From Actinomycetota bacterium (GTDB lineage Bacteria > Actinomycetota > Acidimicrobiia > Acidimicrobiales > Ilumatobacteraceae): a stretch of 39,607 bases of DNA. Position 1 is the first letter of the stretch, and each line of letters begins with the position of its first letter. The position numbers and the translations under genes were made by a program. Positions 17,156 to 27,180 of this stretch are shown in pieces. Under the pieces are notes generated by a model. It saw nothing but the letters and a program-made list of their open reading frames with translations, did no database searches and had not been told where the DNA came from. Location of the stretch: positions 1 to 39,607 of the forward strand of contig JAYTSB010000523.1 in NCBI GenBank assembly GCA_043745825.1, read 5' to 3'.

Positions 17156-17623
17156 ATGCCGTACCTCACCCAGACGGACCTCGACAATGCCATCGGGCAC
17201 GCCGCGGTTCTGTCTCTGCTCGACGACGACGGGGACAAGACGGCGGACGCAGCGCCGCTCGCCTCCGTCATCTCCCGAGCAGGGGCCTGGGTGGACTCGT
17301 ACATGGCAGTCGCGTACGGCGGAGCGTGGCCCACCACGGTGGACGCCACCACGGGCGCCTACGCCGCGATCCTCAAGGAAGCGGCGCTCTACAAGGCGAT
17401 CCAGTTCGCCTACCTGCGGAAGCCCGAGTTCATCCGCAAGATGGGCGAGCAAGGCATCCCGAGTTACGAAACGATGGCCAAGACGCTGCTCGACAACATC
17501 GTGAGCGGCCGCCAGCGCGCCACCGAGGGCACGCCGACGAAGGGCAAGACCATCAAGGGCGGAATCGTCACGACCGACGCAGCGCCCCTGGTGTGCGGCG
17601 TCGGTGGGGACTGGGGCACATGA
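17156..17623 (+). CDS. DUF1320/Mu gp36-like head-tail connector protein
   Basis: The N-terminus MPYLTQTDLDNAIGHAAVLSLLDDDGD...ISRAGAWVDSYMAVAYG follows the DUF1320 pattern. Confidence 0.6.
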   Translation: MPYLTQTDLDNAIGHAAVLSLLDDDGDKTADAAPLASVISRAGAWVDSYMAVAYGGAWPTTVDATTGAYAAILKEAALYKAIQFAYLRKPEFIRKMGEQGIPSYETMAKTLLDNIVSGRQRATEGTPTKGKTIKGGIVTTDAAPLVCGVGGDWGT

Positions 17624-18081
17624 GCATCAGTGTCACCGTCTCCGCCGACAATGTGAAGAGCGCCCTCGCGCTGTTCGCGCGCACCGTGGAAGCGTACTCC
17701 GACGTGGAAGCCAAGCGCATCGCCGGCAACGCACACGAGCGCATCACCGGCGAGCGCTACTTCAAGAATCGCACAGGCGAGACGGCGAAGAGCTTCGGGT
17801 CTCGGCCCAAGCGCGTCGGCAAGTGCCACTACCAGGTAGCCAGTTCGTCGGTGAACGCGGCGCGGCTCAACGTCGGGACGCCGCCGCACATCATCGCCGC
17901 TGTGAACGCGCGGGCTCTCCGCTTCTTCCGCGGCGGGAAGGTCACCTTCGCCAAGTCGGTGCGGCATCCCGGCACGCGAGCGATCAATTTCGAGGAGCGC
18001 GAGCGCATGGTCGCCCAGCCGCTTCTCGAGCAGGCCGCCGAGCGCGCGGTGAAGCTCGCGGCCAAGGTCGCCGGACTGTGA
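17620..18081 (+). CDS. HK97 gp10-like head-tail joining/tail completion protein (tentative)
   Basis: ATGA overlap start, about 150 aa, with NRTGETAKSF and GTPPHII motifs resembling the gp10 family. Position is between connector and sheath. Confidence 0.45.
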   Translation: MSISVTVSADNVKSALALFARTVEAYSDVEAKRIAGNAHERITGERYFKNRTGETAKSFGSRPKRVGKCHYQVASSSVNAARLNVGTPPHIIAAVNARALRFFRGGKVTFAKSVRHPGTRAINFEERERMVAQPLLEQAAERAVKLAAKVAGL

Positions 18082-18806
18082 CGCTCATCATCGGGCCCAC
18101 GACGCTCCCGCTCGTGGCGCAGGCCACGGGACAGCCGCTGACCCCCGTGGCCGACGCGTGGCTCGCGCGTGCGATCGACTACTGGCAGACGTGCATCAAC
18201 ACCTACTGCGAGGCGGCCTACGTGGGCGCCATGGGCGACCTTTCACCAGGCCCCGCAGGCAAGCGCGCGTGCCAGGAGACGAGCCCCGTCGACCCCGTCC
18301 CGTGGCTCGACGTGGAGGTCTTCCGAGGCCCGATGCTCGCCGTGTACCCCGTCGAGGGAAAATACGAGTGGCCCACGCTGGAGCACGACCAGACCACCAC
18401 CAAGTACCAGATCAAATACATCCTCCCCGCGGTGTCGTTCGACACGGCGAAGGTGATTGCTCCGCTGCTGCAGGCCGTCCTCGCCACGATCATCATGGTG
18501 ACGGAGGCCCAGCACGACGCGAGCTACAACGCCGACCAACGCGTCTGGGAGGCCGCCTCGCTGGGCGGCACGGCGCTCAGCCAGATGTACTTCGGCGGCT
18601 ACGAGATGGGCTTCCTCGTGGACCCCGAGGACGCCGGGCACGCGCTGATGTGCCTCTCGCTCGATGTCACCGTCGAGGCAGTGGACCGCTGGACGGTGGT
18701 TACTGACACCACGCTGGTTGGTTCGCAGATCAAGACCGGAATCGGCACCGACTTGGATGGCGCGATCCTGCCTGACGCAGTGATCGGCAACTCCGAAGTG
18801 CCCTGA
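18078..18806 (+). CDS. Hypothetical neck/tail protein
   Basis: GTGA overlap start, 242 aa, coding-like bias. Confidence 0.55.
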   Translation: MTLIIGPTTLPLVAQATGQPLTPVADAWLARAIDYWQTCINTYCEAAYVGAMGDLSPGPAGKRACQETSPVDPVPWLDVEVFRGPMLAVYPVEGKYEWPTLEHDQTTTKYQIKYILPAVSFDTAKVIAPLLQAVLATIIMVTEAQHDASYNADQRVWEAASLGGTALSQMYFGGYEMGFLVDPEDAGHALMCLSLDVTVEAVDRWTVVTDTTLVGSQIKTGIGTDLDGAILPDAVIGNSEVP

Positions 18807-18920
18807 AACTGGCCAATCGCGTCGTAACGACGGCGCCTGAGATGGCTCAGGTCTCGTCACCACGACGCGACTGCCTTACTCGGTTGAACGCTCGCCGATC
18901 ACCCCGAAGGACCACAGACC

Positions 18921-19211
18921 ATGGCGAAACTGATCGAGCTCCACATCCGGAGCATCGGGCCCAACAACGTCCCAAACCCTTTCCGCGACGGGTGGATCGG
19001 GCGGACCTACGACGTGGCTGCAGAGGAGTTCTCCGCCGGTGGCGTGGAAGACATCCGCTGCACTCTGCTCGATATGGCAATTCACGCGAAGTACCTGCGC
19101 GACGCCATCATCGAGGGCGAGTTGGCGTGTGAGGACGCGGCCACTGCTGCGGCGCTCGGGCTGCCCTTTATCCCGGTAAAGACTCTCAAGCTCGCGAAAG
19201 AGGTGGCGTGA
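18921..19211 (+). CDS. Hypothetical protein upstream of sheath
   Basis: aagga RBS; the stop overlaps the sheath start. Confidence 0.5.
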   Translation: MAKLIELHIRSIGPNNVPNPFRDGWIGRTYDVAAEEFSAGGVEDIRCTLLDMAIHAKYLRDAIIEGELACEDAATAAALGLPFIPVKTLKLAKEVA

Positions 19212-20773
19212 TGGGTGTTGTCAACATTGCCCTGACGGGCATCGATCCGCTCGCTCCCACGCCAGGCACCTTCGCCGAGTTCCGCGTCGCGCAGGGCGAG
19301 GCCGTTGGCGACTCAGGCGTCAAGAACGTGCTCATCTTCGCCCCGAAGACATCGGCGGGCGGAGCGACTCCCGACACGCAGATCCTCGGCCCGTACTCGA
19401 AAGAAGGGGACCTGATCACCGACACCGGCGCAGGTTCGCCAGCGCACCGCATGGGCGCCCGCTTCATGAAGATCAGCAAGGGCGGGCAGGGCTTCAATCT
19501 ATACGTCATCTGCCCCACCGTCTCCGCCGGCACGGCCGCCGTGGACAAGGTGGCTCTGACCGGAGCTATCACCGCAGCTGGCGTTTTTACGGTCGTGTTC
19601 TGCGGCGTGTCGATGTCCTACGCGTACACCACGAGCGACACGCTGACGACCATCCAGGCCGCGATGGCGCTCGCCTTCAACGCGCACACCGAGCTCCCAG
19701 CCACCTACGGCGCCGCTGTCGGCGTCGGCACCATCACTGGCAAGATCGCCGGCACAGAGCTGAACTCGTGCCGCTTCCGCGCTTCGGTGACCTCTGGCAC
19801 GGGCCTGACCATCACGGCGCCGGTGACGGCCGACACGGCTTTTGGGGCGAGCGCGCAAGTCGGCGCTGCCATCGGTGCCACGCCCATCACGTACACTGCG
19901 GCCCTCACCACGATCCTCGCCCGCAAGTTCGACTACATCCTTGCGCACTCGCAGGAGGCCACGAGCCAGATCGCCAGCCTCGTGACGCAGATGACGGCGC
20001 AGGCGCTTCCCGCGACCGGGTTCCTCCAGCAGGCCATCTTCGGTACGGCGCTGACGGTGGCGGCAGCGACCACGCTAGCGTCGGGCGCCTCGTGCAACGT
20101 GTTCCCGCTCCAGTGCGTGCAGCAGAAGGAGAGCCCCGAGGAGCACTACATGCTCGCGGCTGGCATGGGCGCTGTCAGGTGCGTCTACGAAATCAGCGAC
20201 CCGAGCTACAACTACAATTCGTTCGGGACGAAGAGCGGGCAGATCAACCCGTTCGTGCGGCCCTACAACGACTCGGCGCTCCCGACGAGCACCGAAATCG
20301 ACACGATGCTTCGCAACGGCGTGACGCCCATCGGTGTGGCCGACAACGGCACGGCCTACGTGGTCCGCAGCATCACCACGCGGTGCAAGGACGGTGGCGG
20401 CAACTACGACTACCGCGCCCGCAACACCAACATAGTTACGACTGGGTTCAGGTTCACGAACGACGGCAAGGCGAAGCTGGCGCTAAGCGGGTACGCCAAG
20501 ATCACAGACGACCCGCCGAGCACGACTGAGAAGCAGCCAGACCCCACGTTCGCGACCCCGAAGCGCATCAAGGCGCTGATGGAAACGCTGGTGCGCGACT
20601 ACGCCGACAACGGGTGGATCGACCCGGCGAAGAAGGCCACGATCCTCTCGGCGATGATCGTCGGCATCAACAGCCAGAACGCCGGCCGCATGGACGTTCA
20701 GATCCCGCTGTACTCCGCAGTGTGGCTCAACAGCAACGCGCTGCTGGTACTCGAGTCGAGCCCGACGCTCTGA
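19208..20773 (+). CDS. Contractile tail sheath protein
   Basis: 521 aa. The N-terminus (PGTFAEFRVAQGEA...VLIFAPKTSAGGA) and C-terminal GVTPIGVADNGTAYVVRSITT match the Mu gpL/P2 FI sheath pattern. It is followed by the tube gene. Confidence 0.85.
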   Translation: MMGVVNIALTGIDPLAPTPGTFAEFRVAQGEAVGDSGVKNVLIFAPKTSAGGATPDTQILGPYSKEGDLITDTGAGSPAHRMGARFMKISKGGQGFNLYVICPTVSAGTAAVDKVALTGAITAAGVFTVVFCGVSMSYAYTTSDTLTTIQAAMALAFNAHTELPATYGAAVGVGTITGKIAGTELNSCRFRASVTSGTGLTITAPVTADTAFGASAQVGAAIGATPITYTAALTTILARKFDYILAHSQEATSQIASLVTQMTAQALPATGFLQQAIFGTALTVAAATTLASGASCNVFPLQCVQQKESPEEHYMLAAGMGAVRCVYEISDPSYNYNSFGTKSGQINPFVRPYNDSALPTSTEIDTMLRNGVTPIGVADNGTAYVVRSITTRCKDGGGNYDYRARNTNIVTTGFRFTNDGKAKLALSGYAKITDDPPSTTEKQPDPTFATPKRIKALMETLVRDYADNGWIDPAKKATILSAMIVGINSQNAGRMDVQIPLYSAVWLNSNALLVLESSPTL

Positions 20774-20829
20774 CCTGATCCGCCGCCACATCTCGGCGCC
20801 ACCACGGCGTCAGTCATTTTTCCAGAACG

Positions 20830-20866
20830 CCCCCGGCACCGTCTCTCCCACGGTGCCGGGGGTTTT
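20830..20866 (+). terminator. Intrinsic terminator-like hairpin after the sheath gene
   Basis: Perfect 12-bp stem cccccggcaccg / cggtgccggggg, 9-nt loop, then TTTT. Confidence 0.6.
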
Positions 20867-20891
20867 CGCCTTTCCGAAAGCACACCCCAAG

Positions 20892-21269
20892 ATGGCACTC
20901 ATCAACTACGAAAAGGGCGTCCTCTTCCTGGGCGGCGCCTGCCAGGTGCAAGTCACGAGCATCAAGCTCTCCCACGACCCCAAGCGGCAGCCAGTAGAGA
21001 CCATGCAGGGCGGACTCTCGGGCTTCTCGCCTGGCGCCGAGTCAACCACGTGGGATGTCGAGGGCGTGGTACCTCGCAGCGGCTTTGAGTTCGACTACCT
21101 GGCGAAGCTCCAGAGCGGCGAGATCGTGGAGTGCACCCTCTGGGCGCACGGCAAGAAAACCACGGCCAAGGGTGTGTTCATGAAGCTCGACCAGAGCTAC
21201 GGCGTCAACGACATGGCGAAGGTCTCCTTCCAGGTCATGACCACGCCGGCCGACGAGACCACGATCTGA
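20892..21269 (+). CDS. Tail tube protein
   Basis: 125 aa, immediately after the sheath. ATG 20892 is preferred because the track start at 20853 lies inside the terminator hairpin. Confidence 0.65.
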   Translation: MALINYEKGVLFLGGACQVQVTSIKLSHDPKRQPVETMQGGLSGFSPGAESTTWDVEGVVPRSGFEFDYLAKLQSGEIVECTLWAHGKKTTAKGVFMKLDQSYGVNDMAKVSFQVMTTPADETTI

Positions 21270-21925
21270 TGGCGGCATTCCTCAGCGGGTTGGACTCGAC
21301 GATCGCGGGCGCGAAGCCGGCGGGCAACGGCCCGCCCGACGTGCGCCCCGGCGAGCTGCTGCAACTGCTGATCGACCGCGGGCGCACCCCGTTCTCGGTG
21401 ATCGACTTCCCTCGCATGGACGAGCACGGGCAGCCGATCCAGAAGGTCATGATCCGTGTGCTCACGGTGCGCGAGGAAAACATCGCTCGGTCGCGCGCGC
21501 GCATCGCCGCGGCGCACGCGCTGAAGCAGAAGACCGCCGAGCAGATCCCTGACGAGATCATCCAGAACGAGACCATCACGCACATGCTGGCGGCATCGTG
21601 CTTCGATCCTGAGAACCCGGAGAAGCCGTTCTTCCGCCACCCGGACGAGGCCGACACCTTCTGCACGTCGGACGAGCTCGGGGTGCTGGCGCTCGAGTAC
21701 GCGCTCCTGCGGCAGCGGTCGGGCCCGCGCATGGCGGAGTTGAGCGAGTCGGAGATGGAACTTTGGATCGAAGGGGCATCGGAGGACGCCGCTCTGCTCC
21801 CTTTCAGTGCCTTGCAGCACGCGAAGCTGGTGATGTTGTTCGCGTATGCCGCGAAGTGCTTGGTTGCCTTGCGCCAGCAATTGGCATCCCCGACCCCACA
21901 TGGATCCTCGCCCTCGGCTTCCTGA
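21269..21925 (+). CDS. Tail assembly chaperone candidate
   Basis: Lies between tube and tape measure. It is acidic and helical, and its start overlaps the tube stop by 1 nt. Confidence 0.5.
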   Translation: MAAFLSGLDSTIAGAKPAGNGPPDVRPGELLQLLIDRGRTPFSVIDFPRMDEHGQPIQKVMIRVLTVREENIARSRARIAAAHALKQKTAEQIPDEIIQNETITHMLAASCFDPENPEKPFFRHPDEADTFCTSDELGVLALEYALLRQRSGPRMAELSESEMELWIEGASEDAALLPFSALQHAKLVMLFAYAAKCLVALRQQLASPTPHGSSPSAS

Positions 21926-21966
21926 GGGCTGGCCACCGACTATTCCCCGAGCCGAAAGCGTGATCG

Positions 21967-24321
21967 ATGGCCGCCACGGTATCCATAGATTTCCGCGTGG
22001 GCGGAGCGGACGCCGTGCAGGCGATGACGCGCTCGATTTCGCAGTCGCTGGAGGCGGCGGCGAAGTCGGCGGCGCGCGCGTCGCAACAGGCGAATCAGAT
22101 GCAACTCATCGGCGCTCGGGCGCTCGCTGCGAACCAGCAGACGATCCTGCGCGGGCGCATTGCGTCCGAGCTCTCCGCGCACAAGGCGGCGGCGTCGGCT
22201 GCTCGCACTGCCGAGACGGCGAAGACCGCCATCGCACGGACTGAGGCGAACAACCGCACGGCCATCGCGCGCACGGAGATGAGCACGGCCCGCGCGCTCC
22301 GCGTCCAGGGGATGCGCGAGGCGGCGGCAGCGCAGCGTCAGCTCGTCGCGCTCGAAGCGAGGGCGGCACGCTCCGACGCCAACGCCGCGCGGTCGTCCAG
22401 CGGGGCCTTCCGCGGCGTCATGGGCGGGGCCGTGGTCTCGGGTGTCACCAAGGGCGTGTCCGCCGTCACGCAGGGCGCCAGGGCGGTCGTGGGTGGCATC
22501 GCTGGCGGCGCTGGCATCGACGCGAGCATTCAGCACGGCGTGAAGCAGCGCATGGACCAGGGGCGCATGGCCGCCGACCTGTCGAACGCAGGCTACCTTC
22601 GCGGTGCTGAGGGACCGAACGGCAAGCGCGTCGCGTCCGCGGACATCATGGCGAGGGCCCAGGAGGTCGGCGCTGCCACGGCGTCGGATCCTACCAAGGT
22701 GATCGAGGCGATGGCCACGATGACATCGGTATCGGGCGACCTGGCAAGCAGCATGGGCATCGTCGGCGATCTCGCCAAGCTCTCGCGCGCGAGCGGATCG
22801 GACCTGAACGACATGGCCGCGGCAGCTGGTAACGTGGCCGCGCAGTTGGGCGATGTCACCGACGCCGCGCAGCGCGCGAAGATCGTCGAGAGCGTCATGC
22901 GCACCGTAGCCGGGCAGGGCCAACTCGGCGCCGTTGAGGTCAAGGACATGGCTTCGCAGATGGCGAAGCTGGCGGCGCGCGCAGCGGAGTTTGCCGGCGG
23001 AGACGTGGAAACCACCATGGCATCGCTCGGCGCGCTCGCGCAGGAAGCTCGTGCCAAGGGCGGCGCCGCGGACGCGAGCCAAGCCGCTACGTCTGTCGGG
23101 TCGTTCATCAACCAGTTCTCGAAGGGCGCGCGACGCAAAGAGATGGCGAAGGCGATGGGCGGCATGGACAAGGTCGAGAACGCCAAGGGGCAACTCCTCG
23201 ACCCAGAGGAGATCATCGTCAACATGCTGAACGCCACCGGCGGCGACAAAGACAAGATGGCCAAGCTCATCGCCGACTCGCAGGCCCAGAAGGTTACGCG
23301 CGGGTTTCAGTCGATCTACAACAACACCGCTGGCGGCAAGACTGAGAAGGAGGCAGCGGTCCGAACTGAGATCCAGCGCCTGAAAACGGCTGGCCTCAGC
23401 GGTGGCGCAGTGGACGAGAACTTCAAGACATCGATGGACACAGCCGCCGCGAAAGCCGAGCTGTTCCAGCAGCGGTTGGACAAGATGACGGCGGACATGG
23501 CCGAGAAGATCATGCCGGCGCTCATCAAGCTCGCGCCCGCCGCAGAGAAGGCCGGCAACAGCATCTCCGAGATGGCCGTATGGGCGTCCAAGAATCCGTT
23601 CGAGGGCGTGGGGATTGTCATCGGGGCATCGGTGGCAAAGGAGGTGGCATCGGCCGGCATCGCGGAGGCGATGAAGGCCGCCATCGCGTCAGGCGGCATC
23701 GGGCCTGCTGTAGCGGCTGCGCTTGTCACCGCCATAGTCCTCAATGGCGTGGTTCGGTCAGTGGACGACGCCGACAAGTCCAACATGAGCCTCCGTCGCG
23801 AGCAGCATGAGATTTCGCAAATTACGAGTCGCGTGCGAGACGGCACGTACACGTCGACCGACGAGGGGCGCCTTGAGTCAGCCCGCGCGCGGGTAGAGGG
23901 CGGGCGAGGCGTCGAGGGGTTCTTCGGCAACATGGCCGACTCCGCCATGGGCGGAGTCAAAGGGCTGTTCGGCAAGGACGCGAAGGTCGGAATGAACATG
24001 GAAACAGCCGGAAACGTCGCCTCACTCGTCCCGTGGATCGCCGCGCTGCGAGGGATCGGCGGAGGCATCCTCAGCACCGAAGCAGTCGACAAGGCTGCAG
24101 GCGGCAACAAGGGGGAGACAGCCGACCGCACGATCGCCAGCATCGACTCGGCGCTCGCGGCAATCGCGTCCAACGAGGGACGGGTGCGAGAGGTAACTGG
24201 GTCAGTGACAGTCAGCAACCTCGGGGAGATCAACGTCGGCGGGCGCGACCCGGCTACATCTCCCATCACAGGGAAATTATGCCCCGCAAGAAGCAACCCC
24301 TCGACGTACTCGGCCGCATGA
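21967..24321 (+). CDS. Tail tape measure protein
   Basis: 784 aa, Ala-rich coiled-coil N-terminus, a hydrophobic Gly/Ala segment (GVGIVIGASVAKEVASAGIAEAMKAAIASGGIGPAVAAALV), and the canonical position. Confidence 0.85.
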   Translation: MAATVSIDFRVGGADAVQAMTRSISQSLEAAAKSAARASQQANQMQLIGARALAANQQTILRGRIASELSAHKAAASAARTAETAKTAIARTEANNRTAIARTEMSTARALRVQGMREAAAAQRQLVALEARAARSDANAARSSSGAFRGVMGGAVVSGVTKGVSAVTQGARAVVGGIAGGAGIDASIQHGVKQRMDQGRMAADLSNAGYLRGAEGPNGKRVASADIMARAQEVGAATASDPTKVIEAMATMTSVSGDLASSMGIVGDLAKLSRASGSDLNDMAAAAGNVAAQLGDVTDAAQRAKIVESVMRTVAGQGQLGAVEVKDMASQMAKLAARAAEFAGGDVETTMASLGALAQEARAKGGAADASQAATSVGSFINQFSKGARRKEMAKAMGGMDKVENAKGQLLDPEEIIVNMLNATGGDKDKMAKLIADSQAQKVTRGFQSIYNNTAGGKTEKEAAVRTEIQRLKTAGLSGGAVDENFKTSMDTAAAKAELFQQRLDKMTADMAEKIMPALIKLAPAAEKAGNSISEMAVWASKNPFEGVGIVIGASVAKEVASAGIAEAMKAAIASGGIGPAVAAALVTAIVLNGVVRSVDDADKSNMSLRREQHEISQITSRVRDGTYTSTDEGRLESARARVEGGRGVEGFFGNMADSAMGGVKGLFGKDAKVGMNMETAGNVASLVPWIAALRGIGGGILSTEAVDKAAGGNKGETADRTIASIDSALAAIASNEGRVREVTGSVTVSNLGEINVGGRDPATSPITGKLCPARSNPSTYSAA

Positions 24322-25223
24322 TCTCGCCATCGTGGCGGGGCGTCGAGTTCCCGTGCGGCGAGTGGGAGTTTGGCTTTGAGCAGGACCACGCCGAGCACAA
24401 GTTCCCCGACAAGGACGGCGCGCTGGTGGAGGCCACGGGGCGCTCCCCCGCGACGTACACCTTCACCGCGTTCTTCCGCAACGGGCTCGACGCGAAGGCC
24501 ATCGTCCCCACGGCGTCGCTGCCGCTGTACCCGACTCAGTGGCGCAAGTTCATCGCCGCGTGCCTTGACCGCACGACCGGCTCGCTCGTCCACCCGGAGC
24601 TCGGGCCGATCAACGTCAAGCTGAAGAGCTGCAAGACGAAGGCGTCGCTCGACAAGCGGGACGGCGTCGACGTTGACGTGACCTTCGTGGAGTCGCCTCT
24701 CGCGGAGGATGAGCTCACCGACCTACTGAAACAGCCGAGCCCCATGGGTGCCGCACTGGCGAACGCGGGTAGCCTCGACGACGCAGTGGGCAACATCGAC
24801 CCAGTGCCTGAGTACCCGGACAGCATCTCGCCGTCGCTGCTCGACTCGATGAAGCAGCTCTCCGGCGCGCTACAGCAATTCAGGCTGGGCATTGGCAACA
24901 TCGGCTCGCTCGTTGACTCCTACCTCGACGGCATCGCCGACATGCGCGCGGCGCTCGTGAAGAACGGCAACCCGGCGAAGACGCTGAAGGCCATCCAGGC
25001 GCTCGACGCGTGCTTCACCGCGGTCGCGCAGGTGGCCGCAGATGCCAAGCCCAAGGGCCGGCCGGTCACCGTGGCCATCGTGCAGGGGCCGGCCACGCCC
25101 GACGCCATCGCGGCGTTCTTCGGGACGCCTGTGGACGACTTCCTGCGCATGAACCCGCTCGCAGCAGACCGCTCTGTTGTGCCCAAGGATTCGCAGGTGC
25201 TCGTCTACGTGGCGGGCGCATGA
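24318..25223 (+). CDS. Mu gpN-like DNA circulation protein with LysM-like C-terminus
   Basis: SWRGVEFPC...EHKFPDKDGALVEATGRSPATYTFTAFF...LVHPELGPINV follows the DNA_circ_N pattern. ATG 24318 gives an ATGA overlap with the tape-measure stop; in-frame ATG 24279 is also possible. Confidence 0.7.
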   Translation: MISPSWRGVEFPCGEWEFGFEQDHAEHKFPDKDGALVEATGRSPATYTFTAFFRNGLDAKAIVPTASLPLYPTQWRKFIAACLDRTTGSLVHPELGPINVKLKSCKTKASLDKRDGVDVDVTFVESPLAEDELTDLLKQPSPMGAALANAGSLDDAVGNIDPVPEYPDSISPSLLDSMKQLSGALQQFRLGIGNIGSLVDSYLDGIADMRAALVKNGNPAKTLKAIQALDACFTAVAQVAADAKPKGRPVTVAIVQGPATPDAIAAFFGTPVDDFLRMNPLAADRSVVPKDSQVLVYVAGA

Positions 25224-26542
25224 GCAGCACTGATCTCGACACGGTTACCTTCGTGAACCTGGCCACGGGCGAGCGTTTCGAGCGCTGGGAGTCGTTGCAG
25301 CTCCAGAGCGAATTCCTCACGCCGTGCGACTCGTGGACGCTCGACGCGGGCGCGGAGGTCGCTGGCCCCGAGCTCGCGCAGGCGCTGACGCGATTCAACC
25401 CGAGCAAGCCGCGCGCGCCGACCGTACAGATCCTCGTCAACGACATCCCGCAGATTACGGGGTTCGTGGACGAGTGCACCATCAGCGTGGACCGCGGCGG
25501 CACCAAGGTGCACGTGGCTGGGCGTGACATCCTCGGCCCTGTCGTGAGCGGCAACGTCGACCCGCGGATGCCCATCGCCAAGGAGACCACGATCGCCAAA
25601 CTGGTCTCGCTCGTGATCAAGGAGCAATTCGGGTACGACTTCCTCATCAGCGAAGAGGACGGCGCCACGCACATCGGCACCGCCGTCCAGAAGCGCAAGA
25701 AGTACGAGAGCAAGCACGCGCGCGGGCTTACGATCAAGGACATCAAGCCGCACGACAACGAGGGCGCGTTCTCGTACCTGTCGCGCATCCTCACCCACTA
25801 CGGATACTGGCTCTATGCCAGTCCAGACGGCACGAGCGTCATCATCGCCGGGCCAGACTTCGAGCAGCCTGCGAGCTACCAAGTGACGGCGCGGCGAGAC
25901 CCAAACGGGAGCGGGGCGGGGCGGGGCAACAACATTGAGAAGATGTCGTTCGCGCTCAAATTCCAGGACCAGCCGAGCGTAGTCTACGTGCGCGGCGTGG
26001 ACTCAGGAGCGGGCACCAAGGGGAAGATCGTAGGCATGTCGGTCAACTCCGCGCAGCCGCTCATGGTGCCGGCGTACATCTGCGACAAGGACGCGAAAAC
26101 GAAGGAGCAGGCCGAGCGCATCGCGCAGACCTTCCTCGCCCGCAAGCGGCGCGACTTCCTCGTGTACAGCATCACCGTCGCTGGGTTCTCGGACCGCACC
26201 CCAGGCGCCACCATGGGCGCGATCTATCAGACGAACACCGTCATTCAGATCGAAGACGAGTTGACGGGGACGAGCGGGCCGATGTGGATCGAGAGCAGAA
26301 CGTTTCGCAAGGGGCGCGACGGGTGCTTCACCGATCTGAAATGCATACCGCTGTGGTCGCTGCTCCTTGATTGGCAGCCAGGCGAGCAGCCTCGCGAGCC
26401 TATTCCGTACCCCATCACCCTGACGCTCACAGCCGCTACGGCGCCAGGTAAGGCCCCCGATGACTACGGCGGGACCATATGGGATGACTTGGGCAAGAAT
26501 GCCAGCAACGCAGCCCTGTGGTACTTCCGGCGAAAGCAGTGA
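25220..26542 (+). CDS. Mu gpP / P2 gpD-like baseplate hub (late control D family) protein
   Basis: 440 aa, ATGA overlap start, between the N-like and gp45-like genes. The family assignment rests on position and general resemblance. Confidence 0.6.
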   Translation: MSSTDLDTVTFVNLATGERFERWESLQLQSEFLTPCDSWTLDAGAEVAGPELAQALTRFNPSKPRAPTVQILVNDIPQITGFVDECTISVDRGGTKVHVAGRDILGPVVSGNVDPRMPIAKETTIAKLVSLVIKEQFGYDFLISEEDGATHIGTAVQKRKKYESKHARGLTIKDIKPHDNEGAFSYLSRILTHYGYWLYASPDGTSVIIAGPDFEQPASYQVTARRDPNGSGAGRGNNIEKMSFALKFQDQPSVVYVRGVDSGAGTKGKIVGMSVNSAQPLMVPAYICDKDAKTKEQAERIAQTFLARKRRDFLVYSITVAGFSDRTPGATMGAIYQTNTVIQIEDELTGTSGPMWIESRTFRKGRDGCFTDLKCIPLWSLLLDWQPGEQPREPIPYPITLTLTAATAPGKAPDDYGGTIWDDLGKNASNAALWYFRRKQ

Positions 26543-26545
26543 CAC

Positions 26546-27178
26546 ATGGACATCGAGTTCACCGATGTTGCCGAGTCTCAATTCGGCAACGACGCAACGG
26601 ACGGCAAGGAGGAGATCGTCACGTGCACCTTGCGCTACGCAGGCGAGACGGATGGCCAGGACGAGCTCGCGGCCGAGGTATGGTGTCAGTACGGATTCAC
26701 CTCGCGACCGGCCGCACCATCTGACTCTGGCAAGTGCCAGGCGCTCACGGTGGACGCCGCCGGCAAGCGCATCGTGGTGGGCTCGCGCGACCTGCGCGGG
26801 GCCGACTCGCACGGCGCGCTGAACGCTGGCGATGTGGCTATGTGGAGCACGGGCAAGAACAGCATCCGGTGCAACGCCGACGGGTCGATCGCGATCCACC
26901 AGATCGGCGAGAGCATCGACTCTGGACTGAGCATCGAGAAAGACGGGACGATCCTGATCTTCAACGAGTGGGGCACCATCGAACTTGGCAAGGACGGATT
27001 CAAGGTCCTCACCGCGTCGGGGACGAGCAGCCTAGAGCTAGCCCCCGACCATTTTCAGGCCATGGCTCCTCAAGGCTTCCTGCGATGCGGGTGCGTTGGC
27101 CTAGGCCTCGCTCCTAGCCTACCACTGTGCACTGGCGCCGGCGCGGCGGCCGTTCCAATCCCGTACATCCTTGGCTGA
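26546..27178 (+). CDS. Baseplate assembly protein V / Mu gp45-like spike
   Basis: YGFTSRPAAPS...GDVAMWSTGKNSIRCNADGSIAI... matches the gp45/gpV pattern. Confidence 0.65.
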   Translation: MDIEFTDVAESQFGNDATDGKEEIVTCTLRYAGETDGQDELAAEVWCQYGFTSRPAAPSDSGKCQALTVDAAGKRIVVGSRDLRGADSHGALNAGDVAMWSTGKNSIRCNADGSIAIHQIGESIDSGLSIEKDGTILIFNEWGTIELGKDGFKVLTASGTSSLELAPDHFQAMAPQGFLRCGCVGLGLAPSLPLCTGAGAAAVPIPYILG

Positions 27179-27180
27179 GC

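Noticed and set aside
21763-21963. Programmed -1 frameshift in the tail chaperone gene (gpG/GT-like)
   Set aside because: I saw no canonical slippery heptamer near the end of 21269-21925. The -1 frame would add only about 12 codons beyond the normal stop, which is too short for a T-like extension. It cannot be excluded without a systematic scan.
21940-24593. Long minus-strand ORFs (417 aa, 425 aa and 225 aa) antisense to the tape measure gene
   Set aside because: They have the same shadow-ORF character (Arg/Ala/Ser-rich, no motifs). The plus strand encodes a typical tape measure protein.
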